Of a DNA stretch of 28,495 nucleotides, positions 16,409 to 24,957 are shown in pieces (positions within the stretch are counted from its first letter, which is position 1; each line of letters begins with the position of its first letter). A program made the position numbers and the translations under genes. Location of the stretch: IMG/VR virus record IMGVR_UViG_3300011438_000034, positions 1 to 28,495 of that record. One strand, 5' to 3'. A model generated the notes under the pieces. It was not told where the DNA came from and made no database searches. It was given only the letters and a program-made list of their open reading frames with translations. The DNA comes from a virus. Taxonomy: Duplodnaviria > Caudoviricetes.

Positions 16409-16825
16409 TTACGTGGCCTGGACGCGGATCGAGCCGGCCTGGAGGCGCACGATATCGCCGGTCAGGACCGTGCGGGAGATCGGTGTCACGCCGTCAATCG
16501 GATCGACCAGCGGCCCCCAGTAGAGCCGGTTGCCAGCCGTCAGCGCCGACCATATCTCGAAGTAGCTGATGGTTCCCCAGTTGGCGGTTGCGGCCGGGAA
16601 GGAGATGGTGGCGGTATTGGCGGCGACGTTGGCGGGGGTGCTGATGGCGAAGACGGCCGACTGGCGGGCGTAGGAGCCGCCGACCACCTCGGCGCCGGGC
16701 GTGGCGGCCGTAGGCGCCGTGGTGGTGAGCGCGATGAATACGCCGGCCGGGGCCGTCATGGGCGCGAAGGCCAAGGTATGGCCCAGGACGGCGCCTTCGA
16801 GGAATAGGGTGGCGGACCCTGGCAT
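16409..16825 (-). CDS. Conserved small phage structural/tail protein (138 aa)
   Basis: EVVGGSYARQ...N-x-x-x-I-x-FP-x-AT-x-x-WGTI...A-x-T-x-GN-x-L...GD pattern, widespread in phage tail regions. Confidence 0.8.
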   Translation of the reverse strand: MPGSATLFLEGAVLGHTLAFAPMTAPAGVFIALTTTAPTAATPGAEVVGGSYARQSAVFAISTPANVAANTATISFPAATANWGTISYFEIWSALTAGNRLYWGPLVDPIDGVTPISRTVLTGDIVRLQAGSIRVQAT

Positions 16826-17478
16826 CAGAACACCGTTGCCAGTTCGGCTCTGTAGGGAGCGCCACTATAATCTGACTGTTGTTTCCACATGTTAGCTCTG
16901 GTCACTACTTGCTGCCAGGCAGCGTCCATCTGTTGTGCGCGGTCGTCGTCTAGCTCGAACATCGCCCCTTGCTTGCACACCCCGTAGAGATACACGGCAT
17001 ACAGTTGCTCAAGGATGGGGTTGGTGTCGGCCGGCAGCAGCAGCGGCTTGGGGCGGGCATACCATCCCATCAGGATTTGCTGCGGCTGCCATGCCGGGTC
17101 GGGCGGATCGGGGATGATGGGGTGGGGCAGGAACTCTATGCAGTCATGCACCAATCTATAAGCCGTCGATGGCGCGCCCACGACGATCTGGTTGCTGTTG
17201 GCGAACGTCGTGGCCCAGTGGCCCGACCATTCATCCTTCAGCTCGAACAACTCCCCGCTGGTCGCGTCCCGAATGGATTCCATGGTCGCGAAGTCGGGCG
17301 GCAGGGTGATGTAGGGCGCGTCGATGGCCTGGGTGGCGGACTTGACCATGCAGCGGGCGCGCAGGGTCTCGGCGATCTCGGTCTCGACCATCGCCACCCA
17401 GCCGGGGATGAGGGATGCCATATCCCTTCGGTTCAACCACCCGGCTACGTCGTCCTGTAGCTGCTGATAGGTCGCCAC
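16825..17478 (-). CDS. Head-tail adaptor/tail tubular protein A-like (217 aa)
   Basis: (M)ATYQQLQDDVAGWLNR-x-D...IP-x-W-x-x-M-x-E...LR, LPPDF, TN-x-IL...YLYG: SU10-type adaptor pattern. GTG 17478 is the likely start. Confidence 0.8.
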   Translation of the reverse strand: MATYQQLQDDVAGWLNRRDMASLIPGWVAMVETEIAETLRARCMVKSATQAIDAPYITLPPDFATMESIRDATSGELFELKDEWSGHWATTFANSNQIVVGAPSTAYRLVHDCIEFLPHPIIPDPPDPAWQPQQILMGWYARPKPLLLPADTNPILEQLYAVYLYGVCKQGAMFELDDDRAQQMDAAWQQVVTRANMWKQQSDYSGAPYRAELATVF

Positions 17479-17485
17479 CCGCCAC

Positions 17486-17722
17486 TTACCCCACCGGCTC
17501 CTGCTGGGCGGCGATGATCGTGGCCCCCAGCGCGTAGGCCGCCTGGCCGGCTGCGAGCGCCTTGGTCTTGGCCGAGGCCAGGTCCACGGCATCGGGGTAG
17601 AGGCGCATGAGCAGCACGGGGTCAACGCCCTCGGGCAGCGTCGGGGGGGTGCCGCCGGTCGGCGCCGCGGTGGGCGCCTGCATGGGCGCGGGGGTAGTGT
17701 CCTTGCTGGTGGGGGATGCCAT
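17486..17722 (-). CDS. Hypothetical protein (78 aa)
   Basis: TGATG-coupled to the upstream gene. Pro/Thr-rich N-terminus and Ala-rich helix. Confidence 0.7.
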   Translation of the reverse strand: MASPTSKDTTPAPMQAPTAAPTGGTPPTLPEGVDPVLLMRLYPDAVDLASAKTKALAAGQAAYALGATIIAAQQEPVG

Positions 17723-18030
17723 CAGAGCTTGCTCCTGTCATCGGTGCGGAACACCGCGTTGTCCGGGTGGTTCAGCCACGCATTGAAAGCCTTCTCGTCC
17801 TGGGTGATCCCGAGCTTCTCGAGCCGCCGGTAAATGACGTTCGGGATGCGGGCGACGTGGACGGTGTCGCGCCGCACGAGGGGATCGAAGGACGCGGCGA
17901 TGGCCTTGGCGGATTCGACGATGGGCTTGGTGTTCTGGGAGTGGACGAACACCAGCCCGGCGTCGGTGTCGGTGGTGATCTCGGTCGCACGCTGCGCGAC
18001 CGGATCATACGATTCGTAGAGGGTGGACAT
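17722..18030 (-). CDS. Conserved protein downstream of major capsid (102 aa)
   Basis: Q-x-x-x-PI-x-E...HVARIP...WLNHPDN-x-x-FRT motif, commonly seen after DUF5309-type capsid genes. Confidence 0.8.
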   Translation of the reverse strand: MSTLYESYDPVAQRATEITTDTDAGLVFVHSQNTKPIVESAKAIAASFDPLVRRDTVHVARIPNVIYRRLEKLGITQDEKAFNAWLNHPDNAVFRTDDRSKL

Positions 18031-18041
18031 GTTACGCCCTG

Positions 18042-19025
18042 CTACTGATTTAGGTCGGCAATCCAGGCATGGGCCTTCGGAGCCGTTGGCCTAACGCAGC
18101 CTTCGAAGATGACGCCGCCTTGGCTGTTGTCGCCCGTCTGCGCGAAGTCGAGTTGGATGATGTCGCGCTCGGGCAGCGGGGCCAGTTCGATGTAGTCCTT
18201 GCTCACCAGCAGGATTTGCTTGATCGGGCAGAAGCGATCCGGGGCCAGTTGGAGGGTGCCAAAGTTGGTGCGGTAGACATCCACAGCGCCCATGATCGTC
18301 ACCTCTTCGCGGGCGGTGACGTTCTGGATGTTCTGGGCGACCACCGCGTTGCCGGTGCCGCCCTGGGAGAGGGTGGCGAAATACTGCTTGGTGTTGCCCG
18401 ACATGATGCCGAGGGTCGGCTTGCCGCCGGCCTGCCAGCACTGCTGCATCGCGGCATCCACCATCGCGAGGGTGAGATCGCGCGCGGTCCCGGCGGTGCC
18501 GGCGTTGGAGCCGTCGCCGACCGGCATGACGCCCGCGCCCGCGCCGCGGCTGCCGTTGGCGCAATACGCCGGCAGGCCCGACATATGGCGGGGATCGGTG
18601 ATCGTGCGGATAAATGGCGAGGTGATCGCCAGTTCGAGGTCACGCTTGACCTCCATGCCGCGCAGGACAAGCTGGCGGTTATATTCATCCTCGCCGCCGG
18701 CCATATCGACCACGCGCAGGGTGTTGGACACGCCAACGGTGCGGGCGATGATCTGACAGACGTTGTTCATCCGCACCGGCTTGAGGACGGCCTGCGCGAC
18801 GGCGGTAAAGCCCTCGGGCTGGGCGTTATCCGACGCGGCGTTGAGTTCCTGAACGAGCCATTCGGTCAGAACCTGGCTGGCGGCAACGCGCGAGCAGGCG
18901 CTGACCAGCGGCGTCTCGTCCGGGTCAATCTGATAGATGATATCGGCCAAATCTTCCTTAACGCCGATCGCCGCCGTCTCGATATACGTGCCGGACGGGG
19001 CTGCGCCTTGCGCGCCAACAGCCAT
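18042..19025 (-). CDS. Major capsid protein (DUF5309/SU10-like, 327 aa)
   Basis: G-x-KEDLADIIY-x-I-x-P-x-ETP, EW-x-x-x-x-L, N-x-CQI, E-x-KRDLE, VDVY-x-T-x-FG and LA/FA-x-TGD motifs. GGAG RBS supports ATG 19025. Confidence 0.92.
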   Translation of the reverse strand: MAVGAQGAAPSGTYIETAAIGVKEDLADIIYQIDPDETPLVSACSRVAASQVLTEWLVQELNAASDNAQPEGFTAVAQAVLKPVRMNNVCQIIARTVGVSNTLRVVDMAGGEDEYNRQLVLRGMEVKRDLELAITSPFIRTITDPRHMSGLPAYCANGSRGAGAGVMPVGDGSNAGTAGTARDLTLAMVDAAMQQCWQAGGKPTLGIMSGNTKQYFATLSQGGTGNAVVAQNIQNVTAREEVTIMGAVDVYRTNFGTLQLAPDRFCPIKQILLVSKDYIELAPLPERDIIQLDFAQTGDNSQGGVIFEGCVRPTAPKAHAWIADLNQ

Positions 19026-19224
19026 TGCTGGACTCCATTGCAGCGCGGGCGCGGGGCGCCTCACGCGGTGAAACCAAAAGGGATTGATTTCGCAATGGTT
19101 TGTCCGGGCCTGGGCCGGGTGGGTGCGTGGCACTCCCAGCGGGCGGCGGGCAGCATTGGCGACGGCACGGCTCGCGGGGCGGTGGGTGCGATCCGCCCGC
19201 ACTCCACCCGCGCGACTGGTGTTT

Positions 19225-19254
19225 AGGCTATTGAGGCCTAAGCGATTGCGTCAA
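19225..19254 (-). promoter_or_regulatory. Candidate sigma70 promoter for the capsid gene
   Basis: Minus strand CTTGACG-N18-TAGCCT (-35 at 19254-19249, -10 at 19230-19225), in the largest non-coding gap between the minus-strand structural genes. Confidence 0.45.
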
Positions 19255-19277
19255 GCGGTTTGACGGCAGGGGGGCGC

Positions 19278-20450
19278 CTACCGCCCGTTCAGGCCCCGCC
19301 TGGCCGCCAGCAGGGCCGCGCCGGATCGGAAGTCCGGCTTATCGCTAAACGCCTGCTGTGCCTGCTGGATGCGCGCGGATGGCGGGGCCGGCGGCGGGGC
19401 GCCGCGGACGGGGGCTTGAAGGCGCTGCGGCGGGGCGGTGGTTTTGGCGCCCGACATCATGCGGTCGAACATCGCCGCCTTCATCATCGCCTTGAGTTGC
19501 TGCGGGCTCGTCAGATTCCGCAGCTCGTCCCGGCTGAAGCCGCCCTTGCTGGTGGCCCATTCCACGATTTCGGCCTGCGCCGCCATACGCTCCTGCGGAT
19601 CCGCCCAGAACGGAAATTCCTGCGCCAGGGCCTCGTTGGCCACCGCCACCTGCTGCGCCATGGCCCGGTCGTGCGCCTGCTGCTGTAGCGCCGTGAGGGA
19701 GCCCAGGCGCTGCTGTTCCTCCATCGCGGATTCGTAGGCGGCGCGGGCGTGGAGGTAGCCCTGTGGATCGCTATGGATCAGCGCCGGGTCGGGCCGCTGG
19801 GGCGCCTGCTGCACAGCCTCGGCGAGCCGCGTCAACTCCGGCTGGATATAGGGCAGCACGGCTGCCAAAGCCTGCTGCTGGGCCTGCACTTGCCGGTTGG
19901 CCTCGGCGAGGCCCTGCATCTTCTGCGTGTAGTCGGCGGATTTGCGCCGGGCGAACTCCTGCACCTCGGCAATGCTCTTGAGCCGCTGACCCTCGATTTC
20001 GATGATAGCGCCGTCGTTGGCATCGGTGGTTGGGGCTTCTGGCGCGGAACCCCCCGGTTGCACGCCAAGGGCGCGCTCCAGGGCACTGAGGCCGGTTGCC
20101 GGCTTGGGCGCGGGCGCAGGCACCTCGGGCGTTGTCCCCGACTGGACCGCCGCGAGGTCGTTCGGGGACGCCTTGCGCTCGGGCGCCGCGGGGGCAGGGG
20201 CGGCCTCGGCCCCGCGACGCTGCTGGCCGAGAAGCCGCGCGGCCTCGGATACGCTGATCCCCGGCTGCGAGGCTGGGGGGGCGCTGCTGGAGATGCCGAG
20301 TTGCCCGGTCGGGGCCTTGGCCGGGGCCGCGGGCGCTGCCGCGGACTTGGGCGGCCTGCCGCGACGGGGCGGCAGCACAGCGTCGGCGGTGATGACCGGC
20401 GCGGGCGCTGGTGCTGATGCCGGGGGTGGCGCGCCTGTGGTTTCGCTCAT
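19278..20450 (-). CDS. Capsid scaffolding protein (390 aa)
   Basis: Pro/Ala-rich N-terminus, ADYTQKMQ-x-LAE motif, coiled coil, DP-x-x-Y. Lies directly upstream of the capsid gene. Confidence 0.85.
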   Translation of the reverse strand: MSETTGAPPPASAPAPAPVITADAVLPPRRGRPPKSAAAPAAPAKAPTGQLGISSSAPPASQPGISVSEAARLLGQQRRGAEAAPAPAAPERKASPNDLAAVQSGTTPEVPAPAPKPATGLSALERALGVQPGGSAPEAPTTDANDGAIIEIEGQRLKSIAEVQEFARRKSADYTQKMQGLAEANRQVQAQQQALAAVLPYIQPELTRLAEAVQQAPQRPDPALIHSDPQGYLHARAAYESAMEEQQRLGSLTALQQQAHDRAMAQQVAVANEALAQEFPFWADPQERMAAQAEIVEWATSKGGFSRDELRNLTSPQQLKAMMKAAMFDRMMSGAKTTAPPQRLQAPVRGAPPPAPPSARIQQAQQAFSDKPDFRSGAALLAARRGLNGR

Positions 20451-20452
20451 GG

Positions 20453-20797
20453 CTATCTCGAACCTCCCTCGTTGCCGCCTTCATGGCCATCGCCGCCGCT
20501 GACCTCGGGGGACCGCCCCACGACGTTCTCTTGGAACGAGGCAGCGGCCAGCGCGGCCAGCCGCCGCCGTTCCTCTTCCTCCGGGTCAATGCCCGGCATG
20601 GCGCCGCCGAAGCGGGACTGCATCGCCCCCATGCCCGGCATCGCCCCGCCCGCCCCGCCCTGCTGCTGCTGGAGGCTCAGATACAGTTGCGCCAGCGCAT
20701 CCCTCTGCGCCTGGCCGTCCGCCGCGGGGATGCCCAGCAGTCCGGCCGCTGGCGTGGGTGAGCCAAGCGCCGCCGGGGGGTCCAATAAGGATGCCAT
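20453..20797 (-). CDS. Low-complexity hypothetical protein (114 aa)
   Basis: MASLLDPPAALG... GGAG upstream of ATG 20797; fills the gap between neighbours. Confidence 0.6.
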   Translation of the reverse strand: MASLLDPPAALGSPTPAAGLLGIPAADGQAQRDALAQLYLSLQQQQGGAGGAMPGMGAMQSRFGGAMPGIDPEEEERRRLAALAAASFQENVVGRSPEVSGGDGHEGGNEGGSR

Positions 20798-20801
20798 CTG
20801 C

Positions 20802-21059
20802 CTACTCCATTGCCCGTGCCTGTTGCTCCGCCGCCTTGTCCGCCTCGGGCGCATCGGCGTTGGCCTGTAGCTCGCCGCGAATGCGGTTGATCGCCAGCAC
20901 CAGTTGCCGGTTTACCTCGCGCGTCCCGGCGTCATCCAAGAACACCGCCTTTTCCGCCGCGTCCTGCACGATGTGGTCAAGGATGCCGTTAAAATGGGGA
21001 TCCTCCAGCATCCGCCGGGCGGCAGCCGCCGCCACCATCTGGTCAGCCGTTAGCGGCAT
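20802..21059 (-). CDS. Small helical head-assembly-region protein (85 aa)
   Basis: GGAGG RBS before ATG 21059. A-x-x-x-L-x-x-P-x-F...RE pattern is typical of the gene between portal and scaffold. Confidence 0.75.
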   Translation of the reverse strand: MPLTADQMVAAAAARRMLEDPHFNGILDHIVQDAAEKAVFLDDAGTREVNRQLVLAINRIRGELQANADAPEADKAAEQQARAME

Positions 21060-21633
21060 CGGTGGCCTCCTGCTTGTAGCGCCGCCACGTCTCGGCAAAC
21101 GTCGCGCGGCATAGGCGCCACGGCAGCCGCCCCGGCGGGCAATCGCGGATTAGCTCAAGGTCACGCTCAACCGTGGGGAGAAGGCAGTGGTAGCGGGGCA
21201 CGCGCTTCAGAACGCCGCGCATCTGGATCAGCAGGCCCACCCACTCTTCCCGCTCGGCCTGGAAAAACGCCGCCCGGTTCGCCGCATCGCGCGCTGCATC
21301 GCGCGCCGCGATCCGCGCTATCTCGTTCCGCTCATGGACCATTCGCTCGGCCTGCGCCTTGGCCCAGCGCGCGCGGGCTTCCTCGCGTGCCACCCTGTGC
21401 CGCTCTATCGCCTCCAGCTTGCGCGCCTGGATCAGCGCATAAGCCTCAGCGTTGCGCCGCCGCTCGGCCATCTCAGCCAGTTCGCGCTCGTCCAGCCACC
21501 AGCCGCCGCCGCCGGTATCCCGCCGCATGAGGTCCAGCATCACCTCGTCCGCCTCGGGATCGAGGATGCCGGTATCCCACAGCCCGGCTTCAAGCCGTAA
21601 CGGGATGGAGTGGGGGGCGGCAGATAGGATCAC
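21043..21633 (-). CDS. Hypothetical Arg/Glu/Ala-rich coiled-coil protein (196 aa)
   Basis: Long ORF. Its GTG start overlaps the TGA of the relic portal tail as GTGA (21630-21633). Confidence 0.65.
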   Translation of the reverse strand: MILSAAPHSIPLRLEAGLWDTGILDPEADEVMLDLMRRDTGGGGWWLDERELAEMAERRRNAEAYALIQARKLEAIERHRVAREEARARWAKAQAERMVHERNEIARIAARDAARDAANRAAFFQAEREEWVGLLIQMRGVLKRVPRYHCLLPTVERDLELIRDCPPGRLPWRLCRATFAETWRRYKQEATDAANG

Positions 21634-21712
21634 GGCGGCCCCCCGGGACTACCCCCCGGTGCCGGGAGTTGCGGCCCACCCGGCCCCATCAGCGGGAAAC
21701 CCGCCGCCCGTT
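21630..21712 (-). pseudogene. Orphaned duplicate of the portal gene 3' end
   Basis: Translates as RAAGFPLMGPGGPQLPAPGGSPGGPP*, compared with the current portal end RAAAFPLMGPGGPALPGAGAPTSTPT*. Confidence 0.8.
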
Positions 21713-21800
21713 GCGGCAAGGGCGTGCTATATTCAGAACGGCAGCGGTGTTGAGAGCACCGCCGCCGCCCTAGACCACAGCGAATGAGGACGCACTCGCC

Positions 21801-22292
21801 ATGCCGCGCAGATATAACACGCCCGCCGAATTCTGGTCCCACGTGCAACGCACCGACCTGTTTGGTTGCTGGGAATGGATAGGCAAGCCCAACAAGAACG
21901 GGTATTGCGAGTCCGTATTTAGGGGCGAAAGGCGTTATGCCCATCGCGTTGCCTACGCCCTGACTTTCCCGGAATGGGACGGGAAGGATTTCGTCCTGCA
22001 TCGCTGCGACAATCCGCGCTGTGTCAATCCGGCGCATTTGTTTCATGGCTCACAAAAGGACAATGTTGATGACATGCGCGCCAAGGGACGCGCCCGTGGT
22101 GCCCCGCGTGGCTCCCTCCATCCTTCGGCGAAACTGGCCCCGACCCAAGTGCTGGAAATTCGCACCAGCCGCTTGGGGTGTGTCCGGTTAGCCCGCCAAT
22201 ATGGTGTGACGAAAGCGCACATCACGCAGATCAAGTCGGGGTTGAAGTGGGGGCACCTGCCCCAGGAAGGGCCGGTCCCCCAGGACCCATGA
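21801..22292 (+). CDS. HNH homing endonuclease (HNH_3-type), antisense to the structural operon
   Basis: FW-x-x-V...CWEW-x-G...GY...AHRVAY...VLHRCDNPRCVNPAHL-x-x-G-x-x-x-DN-x-x-DM-x-x-KGR plus a C-terminal HTH (LARQYGV). GAGGA RBS. Lower GC than the flanks. Confidence 0.93.
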   Translation: MPRRYNTPAEFWSHVQRTDLFGCWEWIGKPNKNGYCESVFRGERRYAHRVAYALTFPEWDGKDFVLHRCDNPRCVNPAHLFHGSQKDNVDDMRAKGRARGAPRGSLHPSAKLAPTQVLEIRTSRLGCVRLARQYGVTKAHITQIKSGLKWGHLPQEGPVPQDP

Positions 22293-24957
22293 GGGGAAAC
22301 GCAGCGGCCCTCTCTGTCAGCCTGCCATAGGCGCTCGGCATCCGCCCCGTTGCCAGCGCCCCCTTCACCGCCGCCGCCGTGGCGGGGTCTACAGCGCCCC
22401 CTGGAGGCCCTGCCGGCCGCGCCGGCATCTGCGGCACCATCGGCGGCCGAGGCCCTTGGCCGGCCATCTGCGGCATCATGGGTGGCTGCGGCTTGGGCTG
22501 CGCCTGCGGCGCCCCAACCGCCGGGGGCTGCGCGGATGTCGGCGGCGGCAGATCGCCCAGCATCCCGATCGCCGGCGCGTCCCGCTGCATCGCCTCCTGA
22601 AACTCGGTCAGCGCCGGGGCGGGGCTGCCATACTGCGCCGCCGCTACCCACGTCTTCGCCCACGCATCCAGCGCCGCCTTGTCGCGCTCGCGATCGTCCT
22701 CCAGCAGCAGCGCCGCCCGCTTGGTCTGCTGATCCGCCCGATCGTTCTCGACATCCGCCGCCGTCTTGGCCTGCTGCACCTGGGCCAGCACCATTTCCGG
22801 GGAAGGCGCCTGCGGCATCTCGGGCGGCTTGAAGCCCGGCGGCAGGGCTTTGAAGTAGCTGGTCACGTCCGCGATCCCGACCGTCTCCAGCATCCGCGCC
22901 AGCGTCGTCCGATACTCCGGGATGCCGGCCAGCGGGTTGGACATCCCGCCCGTCTGCATGATCTGCTCCTGCTTCTGCGCAATCGCGCCGAGCATCGCCA
23001 GCCGCTCCTGCGGCATCCCCTTGCCGCCGACGTTGACGCTCGCCTCCCACATCGTGGCCAGCGCCCGCGGGTCGATGCTGATCCATTCCCCGCGAATCCG
23101 AATCACGTTCGGCCGGTCCTGCTGCCGGGCCATCATCTTGAGCAGCCCGGAATACAGCGGAGCCAGCCCCGTCTCAGCCAGCGTCCGCGCCACCATGTCC
23201 AGCCGGTCCTGCGCCGCCGATGCCTGCTGGGATACGGCGATCGGCGCCGTGGACTGCAACTCGTCCACCGTCAGGCCCGCGCTCGCCTTCGTAATCCCCG
23301 TCCGGCTCTCGCGGATGCTCTCCAGCATCGCCAGCACCGGCAGGGCCTCCTTGCCCGCGAATGGCTTGATCAACTCCTGCACCGCGCCGGCCTGCGCCAC
23401 CCGGATGATCGCGCCGATGGCCGTCTGCCGCACGTCCGCCAGATTCGCCTGGCCGATCACCACCGCAGTCCGCGGGAACATGGATTGCGCGAGGCTATCC
23501 AGCACCGCGCGCATCACCCGGCTCTCAATCCGTTGCAGGTCCATCACCATGTCGGCCTGCGACGATCCGATGATGCGCCCGGGCTCGCGATACGGCGTGA
23601 AGCAGGATAGCGGTATCTCGTCCACCCGCTCCCACTGCACGAGGGTCTGCGCATCGCCCAGCATATGCACATGGATCAACTCGGCCCGGTTGTCGCCGTC
23701 AACATCCATCCGAATCCAGCCCTCGGCATAGCGGATGACGGCCATGGACTTGTCGCCGGGCGGCGCCCCCTTGAGGTTCTGGCCGCTGGCGTTGTTGCGG
23801 GCAATCGCCTCCTGCCGCCGCCGCGTGGACATCGACATATCCCGGTGCGCCAGCACCTTGTCCTCAGGCAGCCCCATCTCGATCAGGTCCGACGCCGTCA
23901 CGTCGCGCACATGGAACACCGCGCGGGCGGATTCCACCGTCGCCGCATCCGCCACCACCCACACGCATTCCGGCGGGATCGCCTCGACAACCGGCCACGC
24001 CTGCTGGCTGCTGCGCGTGATCGTCGCTGACCAGTATTCCTGCGGCGCGCCCTGGCTCAGATACATCTTGCCGTTGGGCGTCTTGCCCAGCGCATCCACC
24101 TCGCGGGGCAGCATCGGCCGGCGCACGATCCGCTGCGCCTCAATGCCCGGCTCGGATAGCAGCATCTGCAACTGCGGCAGCAGCAGCCCCTCGCAGACCT
24201 CGGTGCGTAGCTCGCGCCTTGCCCCCCAGTGCCAGCGCACCCACCCCGCCTTGCGCGTCAGCGCATCCAGCAGCGCGTCGTGCAGCACTTGCCAACCCCG
24301 GTTGGCCGTGAACAATGCCCATCTGCAATAGTCCGTGGCCTGCCGCGCGAGCGTCGTGGCCAGCTTGTCGTCCCCCGTGATCTCGGCGCTGATGGGCTCG
24401 AAGCTCACCGGGTCTTCAACCGCCGTGAACAGCCGCAGCAATGACGGCAACGTCTGCCGGATGGTATCCCGCACTACCGTCATGACGATCTGCGACCGCC
24501 CCTGCGCCTCATCCCCGAACGGCCGCCCGGCGTAATACTGGCTCGCCGTGATCCGCTCGCGGCTTAGGTCCGCATCGTAGTTCTGCGCGATACCGAAATA
24601 ATAGCGGGCCGTGGCGGTGATCTCCACGTCCGTCTTGCCCATGCGCTCGAAGATGATCTCCTGCTGCCATTCCGCGCCCTCGGGCTTGACCGCGGGCCGC
24701 AGCCCGGCGGCGTAGCGGCGCAGCCCGGCGGGCAGCGTATCGTCGGTATCGGGCGGTATGTCGTCATCCAGCGGCGGCAGCAGGAACGCGGCCATGCGGT
24801 TGCGGTCCAGCATCACCGGCTCGATGCCCTGCGGGATCAGGCCGGGGATCGGCGGCATGGGCGGCGGGTAGCTGGCCGTGGACGGGGCGAGTAGGCCGCT
24901 GGCCATGGGCACGCCCGCGGCGCCAGACGGGGCCGGCGGCATCATGGTGGCGCTCAT
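22231..24957 (-). CDS. Portal protein (908 aa, SU10/P22-like) with Pro-rich terminal extensions
   Basis: R-x-x-A-x-x-YY-x-G-x-PFGDE-x-x-GRSQIV-x-x-x-VRDT...P-x-L-x-R-x-F, DAL-x-x-K-x-G, G-x-S-x-AD-x-x-MDLQ, AR-x-x-AETG. Lies between TerL and scaffold. Confidence 0.93.
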   Translation of the reverse strand: MSATMMPPAPSGAAGVPMASGLLAPSTASYPPPMPPIPGLIPQGIEPVMLDRNRMAAFLLPPLDDDIPPDTDDTLPAGLRRYAAGLRPAVKPEGAEWQQEIIFERMGKTDVEITATARYYFGIAQNYDADLSRERITASQYYAGRPFGDEAQGRSQIVMTVVRDTIRQTLPSLLRLFTAVEDPVSFEPISAEITGDDKLATTLARQATDYCRWALFTANRGWQVLHDALLDALTRKAGWVRWHWGARRELRTEVCEGLLLPQLQMLLSEPGIEAQRIVRRPMLPREVDALGKTPNGKMYLSQGAPQEYWSATITRSSQQAWPVVEAIPPECVWVVADAATVESARAVFHVRDVTASDLIEMGLPEDKVLAHRDMSMSTRRRQEAIARNNASGQNLKGAPPGDKSMAVIRYAEGWIRMDVDGDNRAELIHVHMLGDAQTLVQWERVDEIPLSCFTPYREPGRIIGSSQADMVMDLQRIESRVMRAVLDSLAQSMFPRTAVVIGQANLADVRQTAIGAIIRVAQAGAVQELIKPFAGKEALPVLAMLESIRESRTGITKASAGLTVDELQSTAPIAVSQQASAAQDRLDMVARTLAETGLAPLYSGLLKMMARQQDRPNVIRIRGEWISIDPRALATMWEASVNVGGKGMPQERLAMLGAIAQKQEQIMQTGGMSNPLAGIPEYRTTLARMLETVGIADVTSYFKALPPGFKPPEMPQAPSPEMVLAQVQQAKTAADVENDRADQQTKRAALLLEDDRERDKAALDAWAKTWVAAAQYGSPAPALTEFQEAMQRDAPAIGMLGDLPPPTSAQPPAVGAPQAQPKPQPPMMPQMAGQGPRPPMVPQMPARPAGPPGGAVDPATAAAVKGALATGRMPSAYGRLTERAAAFPLMGPGGPALPGAGAPTSTPT

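Noticed and set aside
21711-21733. Sigma70 promoter for the antisense HNH (TTGCGG...TGCTATATT)
   Set aside because: The -35/-10 spacing is only 11 nt. An extended -10 alone is possible but too weak to call.
21713-22046. ORF 21630..22046 as a real gene
   Set aside because: It is mostly the antisense of the HNH gene. Only its last ~27 codons are meaningful, as the relic portal tail.
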